Shown here one piece after another: positions 39,348-53,630 of a DNA stretch of 64,000 nucleotides. The DNA lies in assembly GCA_002633005.1 (NCBI GenBank), contig NMRA01000074.1, positions 638,835 to 702,834 on the forward strand, given 5' to 3'. Position 1 is the stretch's first letter, and each line of letters begins with the position of its first letter. A program made the translations under genes and the position numbers. The notes beneath the pieces are model-generated. The model did no database searches and was not told where the DNA came from. It saw only the letters and a list, made by a program, of their open reading frames with translations. This stretch comes from Phoronis australis (lineage: Eukaryota; Animalia; Phoronida).

Positions 39348-41696
39348 TATGTGGCACATAACAATCAAATGAAAGTGTCACGCATGATGACATGAATGCG
39401 ATTCTAGACTGGAAACAAAACTGAGATCTTGGACACTTATCCCTAATATAAAAGTAATTTCAACAAGAAAAATAAGCGAGGAACTCGCACAGTTCCGTCG
39501 TCGTGGTTTCGCAATATGTCTCAGGGAAGCAGCACACGCGGCGGCGAAAGAGAGCGCCTAAAATACCGAGGCATCCCCTTCGCTTGACTCGAATTTCGAA
39601 AAACTCATTCAAAGTTTACATCGTTTCTTCGATTTCTCCTGCCGCCGAAGATTGAATACGCGACCAGCTAGTAGGCGTAAACGGTCAACGCAGGCCGCGG
39701 ATGAATTGTGTTTGTCTTCGAGAAAGTAGCGCGATCGCAGATCGTCTTAAGCCTCGACTCGTTAACAAAGAACAGAAAAACACGCCGGGGATTTGCGGGC
39801 ACACAACCCGGCACTTTTCCGTTGCGGGAACGAATGGAAAGGAGGCGTCGGGCGGTGGCGGATGTCCTCGTGGCCGCTCTCGAGTTGTTTTTGTCCGACG
39901 AAGTCGAAGCCAACATCCGGGTCCGAAATAGATACTGGATCCCGTTTTGGTCGGCCATCACAGCTAGTGTCGCTAAACAGCCCCCTCTCCGTAAATAATG
40001 CTTTCCTTCAAAACAACTAGTTCTCTTGAAATTGTTTGAGCGGACGAGTCTATATTTTTACGCAAAACCATAGGAGTATTTTCGTTGTATAAGGTAACTC
40101 ACAAAAACCAGTTGTCTTCAAGTTTTCCGGCAAATTTCCACCCTAGCTTTCGATTCCGATCAATGCTATTTTTATATAGTGACACATTTTTGGTTGGTTG
40201 GGTCTCATATGTTGTGATACTGTGATGTTTTAGATGAAACTGTTGTGTGGTTTTCTAGACCATTTTCAAATTTTATTAATTTCTCCGTGTGAATAACTGA
40301 CAGTGCCGGATTTATATGATGGCAAGGGTGTTCTCCATGAAGGGATGACCGTGAGAAAAGGCTTTATCATTTGAAATCAGAATGGGGGTGACAGCTAGTT
40401 GATTCCATCGTCGGTGTCCACCAAAGATGAAAGGATGCAAATACTAAAATCAAGAAAGAGGCCAATATGGAAGGGTATAGGCTATAATTACCGTAACATC
40501 AAATGAGCAGCGGTTGTTCATGTCACCAAAGGGTCCTCTTCTTAAAGCGTCTCATTAAAATCATGTGGTAAGTTAAATAACTTCAAAAAAGGGGAAAAGA
40601 GTGTGTTTGCAATTTATTTTGTATCAGAGTGGGATCCCTGGAAAAAGCGAAACAATTCTCATGTTCTTAAGTTCTTGAATTTAAAAATCTAACTACACTT
40701 TCTTAAAAAATGTGTCCAGGTCAAGTTTTCTCAGTAAAAGTGCTCATTTTCAAGAAAAGTTTTGTAAAATCTTGGCACCACGTAACAAACTGAAAATGTG
40801 CCGCCCGCCCGCTCGCGACACCCAGGAGTGATAGTTTCCACTTAAAGTTGTATCTCTTTTACATGCTTCGCGGTGCCTTTCTCTCATCATTTTAGTCCGG
40901 ATCTGAGTACGCCTATGCCGGTCGCCATCTGGGCTCTCCTGGTGCCCGTAATTCTCACGACATTAGGGACTGACGAGAAAAGCTAGTGTGACCAATTACT
41001 TCGCTTCTAATTCGCGAGGACATGCGTGACATTGTGTTTCCGGTATCTTTTGCGTCGACCACGGAACACAGCCCTGGCTCCTGGAAATTATTTGGAAGCA
41101 TGTGCCCTACCCGCAGCTTTGTGAGTACTGGTAGAGGCTCTCTTACTATATGGGTCGGCCGCGGCGAGCGATGCCCACTTGACGAGATGTGGCATAAACA
41201 GGGTCAGGGAAAATTGACCTTTCGCAAGCTCCGCCCCCTAGTGCGTAATGTCGACTAACAAACAATAAGTTTTACCCGACGACATGTTGTTTGTCGGGTA
41301 AAATGGTGGCTTGGAAACGAAGGTGTGTCAATAATGCTGCGTTCTAAAGGTTCAGGTAAGCCAATTACTGAGCCTTGTCTCAAGCAATTAACGTACAGTA
41401 CTGTCAGTTCTTAGCAAACCCACAAACTGTGTGTAATCTGAGAAAAGAACAATTACACTTAAATTGTTTTGCTTTTTTTCTTTAAAGCCGGGTACTTAGC
41501 AGCTAGATCCGAAACTCAGTAATACTACTGGGTGTGTGTCCACAAAAATGCAAGGTCCAACTCTGAAGCTTCAATCTAGACTGTAGCCACCATCTCGTGT
41601 ATTGCTCGATAACAATTTTTGATGCAACCCGTGGTGCAATCATATCTCTAGGTCGAGCAAATCAAACACCACGCCACTCTGTGTTAAGCTAACAAC

Positions 41697-44600
41697 ATGA
41701 AGACTCTACTTGTGCTCGTTTGCGTGTTTTCCGCCTGTTTGGCTTACCCTATGTTTCAAAACGTTCTCCCAAATGGAGGAATAGTGCCACACCCGTGTGA
41801 CAGTACTAAAACGTGGCTGGGAGTAGGTCACATGTCTGAATATGGATCCGGTCGGTTGAACGCGTTTGGACTGGCTTTTAAAAAGAACGGCTTCGTAAGT
41901 CTATTCGAGATAAAAAGTTAGATAATATATCCATTTTCGCAACTTGTGCTTGATCAAAATACACAAACATGACCATTAGTGCCGTCCAAGCTTTCTCTTC
42001 CTGTACGTGTTGAACTTAGTGCTGTTATGTGTTTTGTTAAGGGTTGATTATGTTGCAGAGTATAGTCGAACCCACTTAATGATACATGCATGCTGCTTTA
42101 CTTGAATTTCCTTCTACGCCCAGGTTTTTGACTGGGTAAGTTATGAAATGAAATCACCGTTTTTATTTCAAGTCTTCACCACACCGAGTTACTAGCTATT
42201 AATTTACTAGTTTTGTAAAGATAACAATTTGGATTCCTATTAAGATATAGTCTATCCAAATGGAGTCCCTGCATTCGAAGATATTTAAACTTTCACAAGA
42301 AAGTTTGACTGAGTGAGAACTTTTAAACAAGGTTCACGTGATAAACCGGGAGACAAAGACTTTTCCATTTAACTTGGATTTGTTGGATATCTTTTTCCGT
42401 TACTGTTTTTATCTAGTCTAGGGATAAGTAATCATGATTTAGGGGTGTGATCAGTTTTTTAAATATGCAAAAAAGCCAGCATTATTCGAAATGCTGATTC
42501 TGCTAATAACTTCCTTAGGGACATTACATGTAGATTATTTTCATATCATATCTCATGTTTCACCGGTCATCATGAATTTGCATAATTGATAATTAACACA
42601 AATTGCATTGGTTTAGAATTCTACTTGTGTTATAACTGCTGCATCGGACACCACAGGCAGTCAGATTAAGATTTGTACCCATGTTTTTGTGGTCAATGAA
42701 TTAATGAAATGTGTTTGCAGGTTGCAGCATGATAAATTTGCACAATCTGTTTTTTGAAGATGAAGTGAGTTAATGGTTTGTATAGTGTGTGGTCAGCAAT
42801 TTGAGACCTACATTTCCAAAACGATTTTGCATATTGTCCTACTCCCCCAAACCATAGAATAACCGCAGATTAGGTTAATATACTGGTTGAATACTGGAAC
42901 AGGGCTTGGAGCAATCAGTTTATAGAGACCTCGTTCGAAATAGTTGGGCATAGCAAGGAATTGCCAGGGACCAGACTACTAGTATAGGGAAGAAAAACGC
43001 CAAAGGATTTACGTCCGCCTCCAAAATGCATTATCAGCCACCGACAACAGAGACATTGACAGAGAATGTAAGCGGAACCCATTGCCACTCAATAATTTGG
43101 CGAAATGAGAGCATAAATCCACCAGCACTAGATGGATGGAAGAAATATGTCATAAACAAATCGCTCTCACCAACTACCATTCCGGATGGTGTTCAACTCG
43201 GCCTTACTTTGCATTAATTATGCAAATTTATTATGTAACAACTTGCAAACTGATTTCATTAAACTAATTGAGCATAAGAACATAGGTGCAAGTATATTTC
43301 ACCTGTGGTGCCCGGTACCGTAGCTGTAAACACAAATAGCATTTTGAATAACGGCGGCTCTTATTTGCATAAATTACACATGAAACAGCAAAGAAAAAAA
43401 TATCCGGCAAATCCAGATTCAGCCTCTTGGCTCCCAGACTATGTAGCTTGATAAGAAGCCTGACCCGCCTCCTGAAAAAGTCACATGTGAACGTTCGTCT
43501 ATTTCTGATCTGCCCACTTATCGTCCGCTCCCCAAATCCGACGACATATCTACTTAACTATTTATCGTAAGAAGCCTACATTCCAAAGACGTAACTTGTC
43601 TGTCAACTACGTATCGTGCCTGTACAGTGTATAGGGTGTCCCAAAAGTAATGGCACTCTGGTTTGAATGGGAGCATGAATATTCATGAAAATGGCTTACA
43701 CCGATGTATGAATTGCTTGGGTCATTTCTGAGCTTAAAAAATATTCTCCATTAAAAAGCACTCGCTAGGGTTTTCTGTCAATTTGACCCGCTGAAAACAA
43801 GGAATGTGTTAACGAAAAGAATTGATTATTGCGACTGGAGACAATTATCACTTTGATTTTGACTGCTCAGTCGTATTTTCTTATTTCACTCAAAATGTCC
43901 ATACTCAGCAGCCACACTTTCCTTCGATGACGGTTGCCATTTAGATCATTGTTTTTCCCACGTCGTTTTAGATCATTCAGCTCTTCGACTTAACGTATGT
44001 TCATAGCCGTTTTAACGTTATATTGGATCCTAGAAAAAAGTCCAAATTTAGGAGAATCAGTTGATATGATTTACACGAAACGTTCAGACACCATTCTTTA
44101 GGCACTGTTTTTCAAAACACTGTTACTTGAAAGGGTTATTAGAACGGTCTACTTTTGCATGAGGGGCTATCAGAATAGGCTTTGAAAAAATACAAATCTG
44201 TATATAAAACAAAAACTGAACATGAATTAAAAAATGTCACAGCATTTCGAAAAGTATTTTGAATATTTCTATCAAATGAAATTTACGCGTATTCTTTATA
44301 CCGTTGTTTTTTATGAATGCCCATTTCGTTGTCACTAAATTATACTTAATATACCTGGTCACGTGTGAGTAAAAACTATAACTGTTAAAACATTTGGTTA
44401 AATGCTCAGACGAGTCGATAAGTTCCCACAAGTCATTAAGTTGGGAGTTGGTGTGAGCAATAACTGTCTAAGTTTTTGATGTTTGGATCTTACAGTCCTT
44501 CTCCTCATCGTCGTTAGGAGGCAGTGTGGCCTACTTGATAAGTGTCCGTTTTCTTTACTCGAGGCCGTGGGTTCGAGTCCCGCCAGGTCACACTGCTAAA

Positions 44601-45158
44601 CCCTTGAGCCACTTTCTAGCTCCTCAGCTCGGTTTTAACCATATATTAATAAAACATAAAATGGTCAAGGGTGATCAGTGCAATGGGCCAACATGCGAGG
44701 CCTACGCACGTCTAGTACAACGTGTATCAGACCGCCTGCAATGTATTTATTACTCATCGTGTTCCTCGCCCTTCGGCATCATCATTGTCAGCATTCTCTT
44801 CATTCAATTTCCCAAACTTCACCTTCCTGAGCTCTTTCACCGTTATAGTTTCCAAAAATAGACAAGTAGTTGCGTTTGAATGAAAGTGATACATTGAGTA
44901 TAAGTAAGAATTATATAGTCTTCATACACGCCATATGTTGGTCACATTTGCTAGTCTACTTTGTTTTAGACTTGGACCCGTGCTCTCTGCCTGGCTGACT
45001 CCGATGGTGATGGTTTTACCAATGGTGCGGAACTCGGAGACCCCGGCTGCACATTTATTGCTGGTGACTCGTGGACGGGTGGAAAGCCTACAGGACACCC
45101 GGGCATTTGCGAACCAGGACGGAAATGCATAAAGAAAGCGTACAAACAAAAATGTTAG
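41697..45158 (+). CDS. Temptin-like secreted protein, 128 aa
   Basis: Exon 41697-41894 encodes MKTLLVLVCVFSACLA-YPMFQNVLPNGGIVPHPCDSTKTWLGVGHMSEYGSGRLNAFGLAFKKNGF|gtaagt. Exon 44970-45158 encodes TWTRALCLADSDGDGFTNGAELGDPGCTFIAGDSWTGGKPTGHPGICEPGRKCIKKAYKQKC*. A signal peptide and the temptin signatures (PNG..VP.PC, GVGH, N.FG..F, W...LC..DSDGDG..NG.ELGDP.C, HPG) are present. Probable 5'UTR intron at 41356-41651. Confidence 0.92.
42460..43380. mobile_element. Decayed foldback element in the temptin intron
   Basis: Blocks at 42460-42690 (TATGCAAA..GCC.GCATTATTCGAAATGCT, AATTTGCATAATT, CGGACACCACAGG, ACCCATGTT) have inverted counterparts at 43210-43380. Confidence 0.5.
44517..44610 (+). mobile_element. 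tRNA-derived SINE head
   Basis: GGAGGCAGTGTGGCCTACTTG (A-box-like) and GTGGGTTCGAGTCCCGCCAGG (B box), followed by CCCTTGAGC. Confidence 0.6.
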
Positions 45159-45461
45159 AAGTCTTTCAGTATTTTTTGATAGCAGCGTACAAACAATTTT
45201 GCTAAGCGATTTGACGCTATCAGTTCGCTCACAACTGAAAATGTCTCTTATATAAGCTCAGAGTACAACAGTTTGATTCTAATCTAAAAGGGTTTAACAG
45301 TAATTTTATGTAAAAACAGCATAGGCGAATTCCCTAGCTTTTTAAAACTTCTACACACGAGATGAAAAAATATACAAATTTGTTATGCGTTTCTGATAAT
45401 TTTTATAACATGCATTCTTCATTAGTACGCACCCTAAGGTACTTGAAAGCTAGAAGTACAA

Positions 45462-45714
45462 GGGCCCGTTCCAAGAAACTGACTTAAGTTCATTTTTGAC
45501 TCACATGTAAGTGTAAGATTTGTCTTAGCTTCCATAATTTGAAACTTCCCCATCCGGTAATACAGTTGAAATTAAGACAAAACTTTTATCAAAAACTTAA
45601 TTCAAACTTAAGATCTCTTTCTTGAAACGGTCTCAAGACAAATTTAAGTTTTATCTTAAAATTTACTAAAATTTAAGACTTGTCTTAGCTAAGTCAGTTT
45701 TGTTGGAACGGGCC
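45462..45714. mobile_element. PIF/Harbinger-like MITE (GGGCCCGTTCCAA TIRs)
   Basis: GGGCCCGTTCCAAGAAACTGACTTA ... TAAGTCAGTTTTGTTGGAACGGGCCC. Confidence 0.75.
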
Positions 45715-47849
45715 CCAGGCCTGCAAACTGACATTGCAGAAAGTATGTCGACACGATTAAGATACAAAAGAAACTTAAGAAAGAACCTAACTTTCTTTCA
45801 AAGTAATTACGGGGAATTTAAGGCCCACAATCGGATGGAATTGCTGGTAAATGAGTACAAAAGTCCACACGCCTGTTATGGCGGTAGGGATGCGAAATTG
45901 GTGACGGTCGTGAAGGGGCGGATGTCGTGGTGGTAAGAAGTAGTCGGAAATTTGGGACGACGGGGAGGCAAATTCGATTTTTATAGTGTCTACGTTTCTC
46001 TAAGTAGCCGGCTGCTCTTGTGATACTGGTAAAAGATTGTCACCCTACAGTATATCTGGTTTAGGCAGCTGTTGCACAATACGAGATTGCAAAAATCTGT
46101 ATTCTTGAGGACCTTTTAATCATGATTTTGGATTCTACACTGGTTTCAAGACACCATTTGCCAAAAGCACTCTTTGCATGGAGTCGGAGAGCTCCGGAGT
46201 ACACCACTGAAGGGTCTCATGTTTGTAGTGTATTTTACCGAACTGTTCTCACTTATAAGTTATGAATAACGAAATATGGGCGGTTTAACGTGCGTAACGT
46301 TCGCCCATCCATTTGGCCAACGACAGTCTCTAATCGAAATGGAATCTAAGGCAGGTACATGTACATGTAAGCACCACTTCAGCCATGTCACACCACGTCC
46401 GCCATTTAGAAGAATGTTGAATCTTCGGTCGAATAAATGGACTTAAATACTTCATAACATGTTTGCTTGCACAAGAAAACTGGTTTCATTATAACCATTT
46501 GCAAGTGCTGGCTTCAAAACAGCTGCCAAACATGACATTACCTAAAAGTAGTCTGGAGAGTTTGATTTCTTAAGAGTGAAAATTGACAGTAATTGCAGTC
46601 TAAAGATTCATCAACACTAACAACATCTGCCTAACTTTTTTGCAAAAACACAATCCAACTCGGAGCTCACTGATGTTTTGATGAGTTGGATCAACCGTTT
46701 TAATCTAGCACAACCTGTCAAGTTTGGTTGGAAAACTCTGACATCTGATCTGTTAGGTTGAGTTTGACAATATTTGTCAAATTTGGAGGGAATTATGCAA
46801 GGGAACAACAATATATATAAATCTAATCAAAGACAAAACTTGTATCACCGGTGGTCTGTGGTCATGGATTGGCATGCTAAGCATTCCCAAACCATTTCGA
46901 CTTCGCCAAACTACCCTCCCCCCATCGCCACCAACTCCGCCACCCCCGTGCTCCCGATGCCACCATACACAGTACATGTATTTGTACCGAATCTCCCACG
47001 TCCGCCCTGGGTGGGGAACAATCCTGCGGAGGCAGCCATCAAGAGTTGAGTAACCTTGAACCAACATTGAGAGTAAGAATAGGCCTAGGACCAGTGAACT
47101 AACCGGTAGCGAAAAGCTGCCTCAAGTGGCTACAGCTGAGATCTAACAGTTTAAAATACGAAATTCCCGATGAACTTGAGACAGGCAACTTGTGCCGGCT
47201 CTCCGCACTGGCTCTAAGGTTAAGATTCGTTTTATTGTGATCCAGCATCGGGAAAACCTGTTTTATTATGGTCATTCTTTGAAGGAGTTTTTTGAAAAGG
47301 CGAGGTAGCCGAGGTCCCTGGTATAGTGCCTTTGGGGCTGCTTCAAAATCTATCGTTGAAACACGACCGGCAGTCCAGTTTCAGGTGGTTGGGGAAAATT
47401 ATACAGATTGTTTCCCAAAAATGTACACAATTTAAAGCCTGAAGTTCAGTTCCCGTGGATCCCTGAGATTCTGCGCGGACCTACTGCATGGTTATTTTTT
47501 ATATTTAACGTGGGTGCGTCAGTCATGATGTGCACGGGAATCAGGCAAGCAAACAATTCAGTTTTGAAGAACAAAAATCCATTGCTCAATACTACGAGAA
47601 AATAAAACACCAAGGAAGTACAAAGACAACATTTCCAAGCAATGAGTTTAATTTTATTTATTTAAAGACTTTTAAAACTTTTTTCGATCTACGGTTTGTG
47701 AGTCTGAAATTCATTAATGTCTTCAAGAGTTATTTTAGATAAGCAAAAATCTTCTAAGTGTACTCTACTATTTAAGGATAGGATTACAGAGGTTTTCCAA
47801 CTTCAGGCTGCAATTCAATTCACTGAAATACCATTATTTCTTAGAAGAT

Positions 47850-48797
47850 TAGCTTCTTATTGTCAAAAATCATCTATGAATTTAAAGATTTTCGTAGATA
47901 CATAAACAAGTAAAATAGAAACCAACGAATTTGTTTATCAAAACTGAATGTTATAAGCAATTTCCGCAGGCATGCTCGCAGATTTTTGACGGGTAACCGT
48001 GGGAACATAGGAGATGGGGCATTCGTATTACGGTGTAATATTGCTCATTTCAGAGGTACATGTGCCTATAACGGTTCACGAGGTAAATTTGAACTCCACT
48101 GACAAAAATCGCTGAGACCATTGTTTATGATTGCGAGAGTTCTTTGAGTACCCCTTTCGACATGTACATGTATGCGGTCATCAGAAATAGTAGCATAGAA
48201 AGCAATGTTTTTCACATGTGGAAATTCCTTACAGTACAAACAAATCAGAGTAACCATTTGACGAAGTTGGCAAAAAGGTCCTTCTCAGAGATACAAAAAG
48301 TCCGAGAAAAACGAGACAAAAANTAGCTTCTTATTGTCAAAAATCATCTATGAATTTAAAGATTTTCGTAGATACATAAACAAGTAAAATAGAAACCAAC
48401 GAATTTGTTTATCAAAACTGAATGTTATAAGCAATTTCCGCAGGCATGCTCGCAGATTTTTGACGGGTAACCGTGGGAACATAGGAGATGGGGCATTCGT
48501 ATTACGGTGTAATATTGCTCATTTCAGAGGTACATGTGCCTATAACGGTTCACGAGGTAAATTTGAACTCCACTGACAAAAATCGCTGAGATCATTGTTT
48601 ATGATTGCGAGAGTTCTTTGAGTACCCCCTTTCGACATGTACATGTATGCGGTCATCAGAAATAGTAGCATAGAAAGCAATGTTTTTCACATGTGGAAAT
48701 TCCTTACAGTACAAACAAATCATAGTAACCATTTGACGAAGTTGGCAAAAAGGTCCTTCTCAGAGATACAAAAAGTCCGAGAAAAACGAGACAAAAA
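47850..48797 (+). repeat. ~473-bp near-identical tandem duplication joined at an N (probable assembly or haplotype overlap)
   Basis: 47850-48322 and 48324-48797 differ at only a few positions and are separated by a single N at 48323. Confidence 0.85.
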
Positions 48798-51700
48798 ACG
48801 GTACCATTAAAAAGCCAAAAAGCAGAAATTCGGCGGGAATGTTAATCCACCATAGTGTAATACAAATGATCTTTACCACTTAACGGATGAAAATGAAAAT
48901 GTTGGACGTACAGTGTAACAGGTTATAATGGACATAATAGGTTACAGCAAGCGTATTTTCACTGGCCTCACTATCTAAGACGAGATGTTTCAGCCTATAA
49001 TTAACGACTGATACGTCGTTTGCATCCTGTGACGTGCACCGTAGTCGATCATGTGGCAAATTTCCCACACGCTTTGGAAATTTCATCAGTATCATATTCA
49101 GTCAGAGTTAAAGCTAAGCATAAGGAGCCCTATAAAGATATCACAATTTGGGTAATTTTGGAACATAACTCAAAAATGGCTGACCGAACACAGATGAAAC
49201 TATCATATAGCTTACTATGCTACAAACACTGTTCTCCAAACCGCTGTCCAGAATAGCTTTCAAATTGTTCCTCTATTGTATGACGAGCAATCCAAATAGG
49301 ATTTTTGTGGCTTGCATTAAAAAGACTCAAAAACGACGCGATACCTTAAAAACTTGCAAGATCGTTTTTAAGCGAGATTTAATCTTGAGCATTCATTAAT
49401 CACATGGATTTTGGCCATGTTATTAATACCGTTGTTCTGCTAAGAGTGTACATTATGTTTATTCATTGCTAAATTTTACAAAAATGTGACGTATATAATT
49501 ATTATACCTTTCTACCTTGAGGGAGAACATATACCTTCACCTAGTTTGAATCTATAGAGTCGTAGATATTCGACTAAATACGGACTTGTCGATAAGGTCC
49601 TACATAGTGTCAACGCTGTAATCCAGAGTTTATTTAACAAAAACTTCAAAGTTTTTACATTAAAGTGACATCGACCACGGTGCAATTTGCAGCTTGTAAA
49701 ATGATTAAATCTCATGCACTTTGCAACATTTTTGCTGGAACAAAGGCACTTCTTGTTTTTGGCATTTTGGACTTGAGGGGGTAACTAGTCCGCAAAGTGG
49801 CTAAGAGTTATGCTGGTGGTTGTAAATGATTAAGTTGATCATACAATAGGTCTTCTGACGTTGACAAGCAAAGTCAATGAAAGCTCCTTTTTGAAAATTG
49901 CTCCTAGTCAAGCAACTGCCCCAGATAGACTGTGTAACTAAGCACAGCTTAACAAAGGGTTTATCGTCCTCGCCGAGAACACAACTGTTTTATTACCCTC
50001 TGTGGATTCTGAAAGGTCGAGCCCGGAATGGGATAAAAATGACGACAGTGTAACAAACATAAATGTTTATATTAATTACTGACAACAAAAGCACCAACAG
50101 ATCTTATGTTCGTATAAATATCACAATACAGGTTTAAACACATGTAACTTAAACAATACTGCTAATGACAAGAAAATTGTACATTGTTACTCTGCCAAAC
50201 AATATCACAAACAAATCGTCAAATGGAGTATGCGCGCATGTACACGATAGATTCAGAGTCCATACGGTAAATTACACTACAGAGCCGAGATGCATAAGGC
50301 ATCAAAAACTATCAGCTGGATAAGTTTGATTGTGACATGACGTCAGGTGCATTGTTCAACAATAACAACTTGACACGTGATAATGCGACGTCATTGTTGC
50401 TATACAGCGTATAACTTTTAAGCAACTGGGCCCAGAACATTTTATGAAAAAGGCTCTGTTAAACCACTAACTAACGCAACTACACAAACCGTCACAACTC
50501 TTAAACATCGTTATCGACCTTGTGAATACCGTCGAGGCACAAATTGTCCCAAAATAATCAAAACGCAATTAGATGCAATGGCAATGGCCGACGACCGGGA
50601 GAGTTGGGAAACTGGATGCGATAGGAGAGACCTCTTTCCACCAGTAAGCGCTACGAGATTGAAGGGAATGATATCCCAGCCCTTTTATCTGTGACGAAGG
50701 GATAACTGTGACGGACGCTAAGTGTCAAGGTTGACAGGATGATGAGGATGGCGGAAATTGCGTTGTTGGAGGACACGAAAGCTACATATGGTGATAAACA
50801 ATGACACTGAAGACTGACCACTGTCCACTGATATCGGAAGTTGAAGTGGTACGTATAATGAAGCATCTTAAAATCGTCGTTTTTGACGTCGTTGCAAGTC
50901 ATTTTCCAGTATATTATTCTAAAATATCTACTCAATGTGTACTTGAGGTTGGCGAAACTATACAGTGTCTCAATGGAAAATTTACATTTTGTGCTTCGAT
51001 AATTTGCACATGCTCTCGTTATTGGAGGACTGCCAACAGTATCATGATCAGTCGGTTGTAACAGTTTGTGGTTTAATAAGGCTCTTCCTCAAGTGATGGA
51101 ATTTCCTTTAAATCTCGATAAAAGAGAAAAGAGTTTATTTGAAAGAATCTGAAAAATCAAAAGAGGCAAAATTTTGTAGAGATTGGCATATAATTGGACT
51201 GGAAAGAGGTCTACGTTCCCGGTAAGGTTTTAGCGAGATCATGTCATGCTTAAAAGAGGCCTTACGCCGAGCGAGGCCCACCGGCGGGGCACTGCCTTCA
51301 CTCGCGATTAGCTTGCGTCGACCTGCCCATGGCTTGAAAAGATAAATAGAAGCCAAAAACACTATTAAAGTGCAATTAGCCTCGTCTCACAAGCAGCTGG
51401 TCGTGTATTGGAATACCGCAGGTGACAGTGGAAAAAGTTAACTATTCAAAGTGTGACAATCTAGGCAGCAACAGCTACGAAGATAACAACATCAAAGTTG
51501 TCACGGTTTGAAAGCCAATTACTATCTGGTCATCTTCAATTCCACTTTCATTAACAGGCCTACCTTGATTTAGTAGATGCTTCGAAGCTTGCTGAGATTT
51601 GTTGAACAACAGGTCGATTGTCTTGACAAACTGCAAACAAGTCTTTCGCACCATGCACACATGGCAAACCAAGATCGTTTATCAAAGACAATATTGTTGA

Positions 51701-53630
51701 CAGCCTTCATTGGGTGCACCAAACCGCTACAAACATATAACCTACGACATCACTACCAAAGTAGCAAAATAGGAGTAGAATTAATTCTTTGAAAAAATCA
51801 GGGCTTATGCAACGGAAAAAGTGAACTTTCATCTATCCCATAATTCAGCATTCCAACCTCATCGAACAATCACGTCGGTGCGGGGTAGAATAATAAGCTC
51901 CCCAGCATGCTCGCAAGTCATTGGCGTACTTTCAGCTGGTCAGATATAATTATCATGTCAGTCTGTTAGTTATGAAGACCATACAACTGCGCGACTGACA
52001 AGCCAATTTGAAAAAAATGGCAGAAAACATTTCTAGGAAACCTTATACAGGATAAATCCAGAGACCTAAAAATAATTGCACATCTCACAAATATGCCATT
52101 GTTTTCATCTGTGATCAACTCACTGGCAGTCTCAACTTCCATTCATACCGTTCAAGTAGACGCTTGTTAGAAGAATAGTCACAAAAGAAGGGCGTTTAAC
52201 CAAGACCAACATAGATACAGCTTTTGGGAAAGGGGGTAAAAACAACTGTCAACTCTAAGTGAGAGTGCAAAGAACTCTATGGAATATAGATCTGACAACA
52301 ATAACTTTAAATACGATATGATTGCAATGTCTAAATAAACTAAACGATAAATAACAATCAAATAGCATGGTGACAAATTACATCAAAAGTTTTACATGAC
52401 AATGGTTGCACTTGATTGACTTCGCTGGTTCCGCCAGGTCAACCGTCTTAGACATCTGATTGGCGTGTACAAGCAGAATTGACCCAGCAGAAATGGAAAT
52501 CAACCAGTGCAGTCACTGTGGCCCAGAGCACCATCAATCTGTGCTCAAATAAAGCATGCATCTTCCAAGAATTCATGATTTTTAATAATTACAGATTGAT
52601 TCGTTTAATAATCAATGCATAAAAAAGTACACATCTGGCAGTTTCAACCCTTGGGTTGTTTTCTAAGAGCCCATTGAAAACCTTCTGAAGGCCTAAGAAT
52701 TGTTGACTTAAACATAGGAATAGCTGGGTGTATACTGTAGATAAGCACAACTCATTGTCCCCATTCCATGCTAAATTATTTTTTTCATTTCAGGAAACAA
52801 ACTGGTTTGCCTCAAGTGTGAAATGCTTACTGACAATGTCCCTGAACAAGTATAATCGTTCCACGTGTATCCGAAACATGAAGTTTATCCCCAAACACCT
52901 CAAGCAGGATCTTGTCGGTAACTTTGCTTTAAAGTCACAAACAAAATTTCAGATTTTATGGACACAAAACTTAGTACAGCTCCAATGGGCTCTTATTCCA
53001 TGGTACAAACTTTTTACTCAGATAACAATTTTTTCATGATGTAATCCTTCATGTAATATAAGAAAGAATAATAAAAATGAAGGAACATCTTCAGAAACAA
53101 CGGGCAAAATTGCACACATAATAAACCAAGTCATAACAAATAAACCTCTTCTCACTTCATTAAAAACAGAGTGAAAACAGCTTTCTCAGCTAAACTGCTC
53201 CCTTTTTGTTGTTTCACCCAGTGACCACTCCGAGTTTTTGCAAAATGATCAGTTACTGAGAAAACTGCATTAGTTCATAAATCTAAAATATGTAGTAAAC
53301 AACCAAAAGAGGAAAACATTGCACTAAATTTTAACAGTAAACACACTCCTAACTTGTCATCTACGTTATTTTAAGAAATAACATGCTCGTAGCATGTACA
53401 CTACACAGACATGTACTTTCTGTTCCAGACTGGACACAGTTTGTAAATTAGAGATGCTTTGTGAAATGACAAGAGAGCAAACAGTTAAAGGTATATTAAG
53501 TGCTGTTAATATAACTATTGCCTTAGGACACCTATGCATTCAGCCGCTGCGGCAGAGCGTGGTGCACACATGTGGCATTACTGCAAGTGCCATATTTTCA
53601 CACATATAAGAATGGTGAATGGTTTGATTT

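Noticed and set aside
47850-48797. Recent biological tandem duplication
   Set aside because: The junction is an N and the copies are nearly identical, which is typical of a scaffolding or haplotype overlap.
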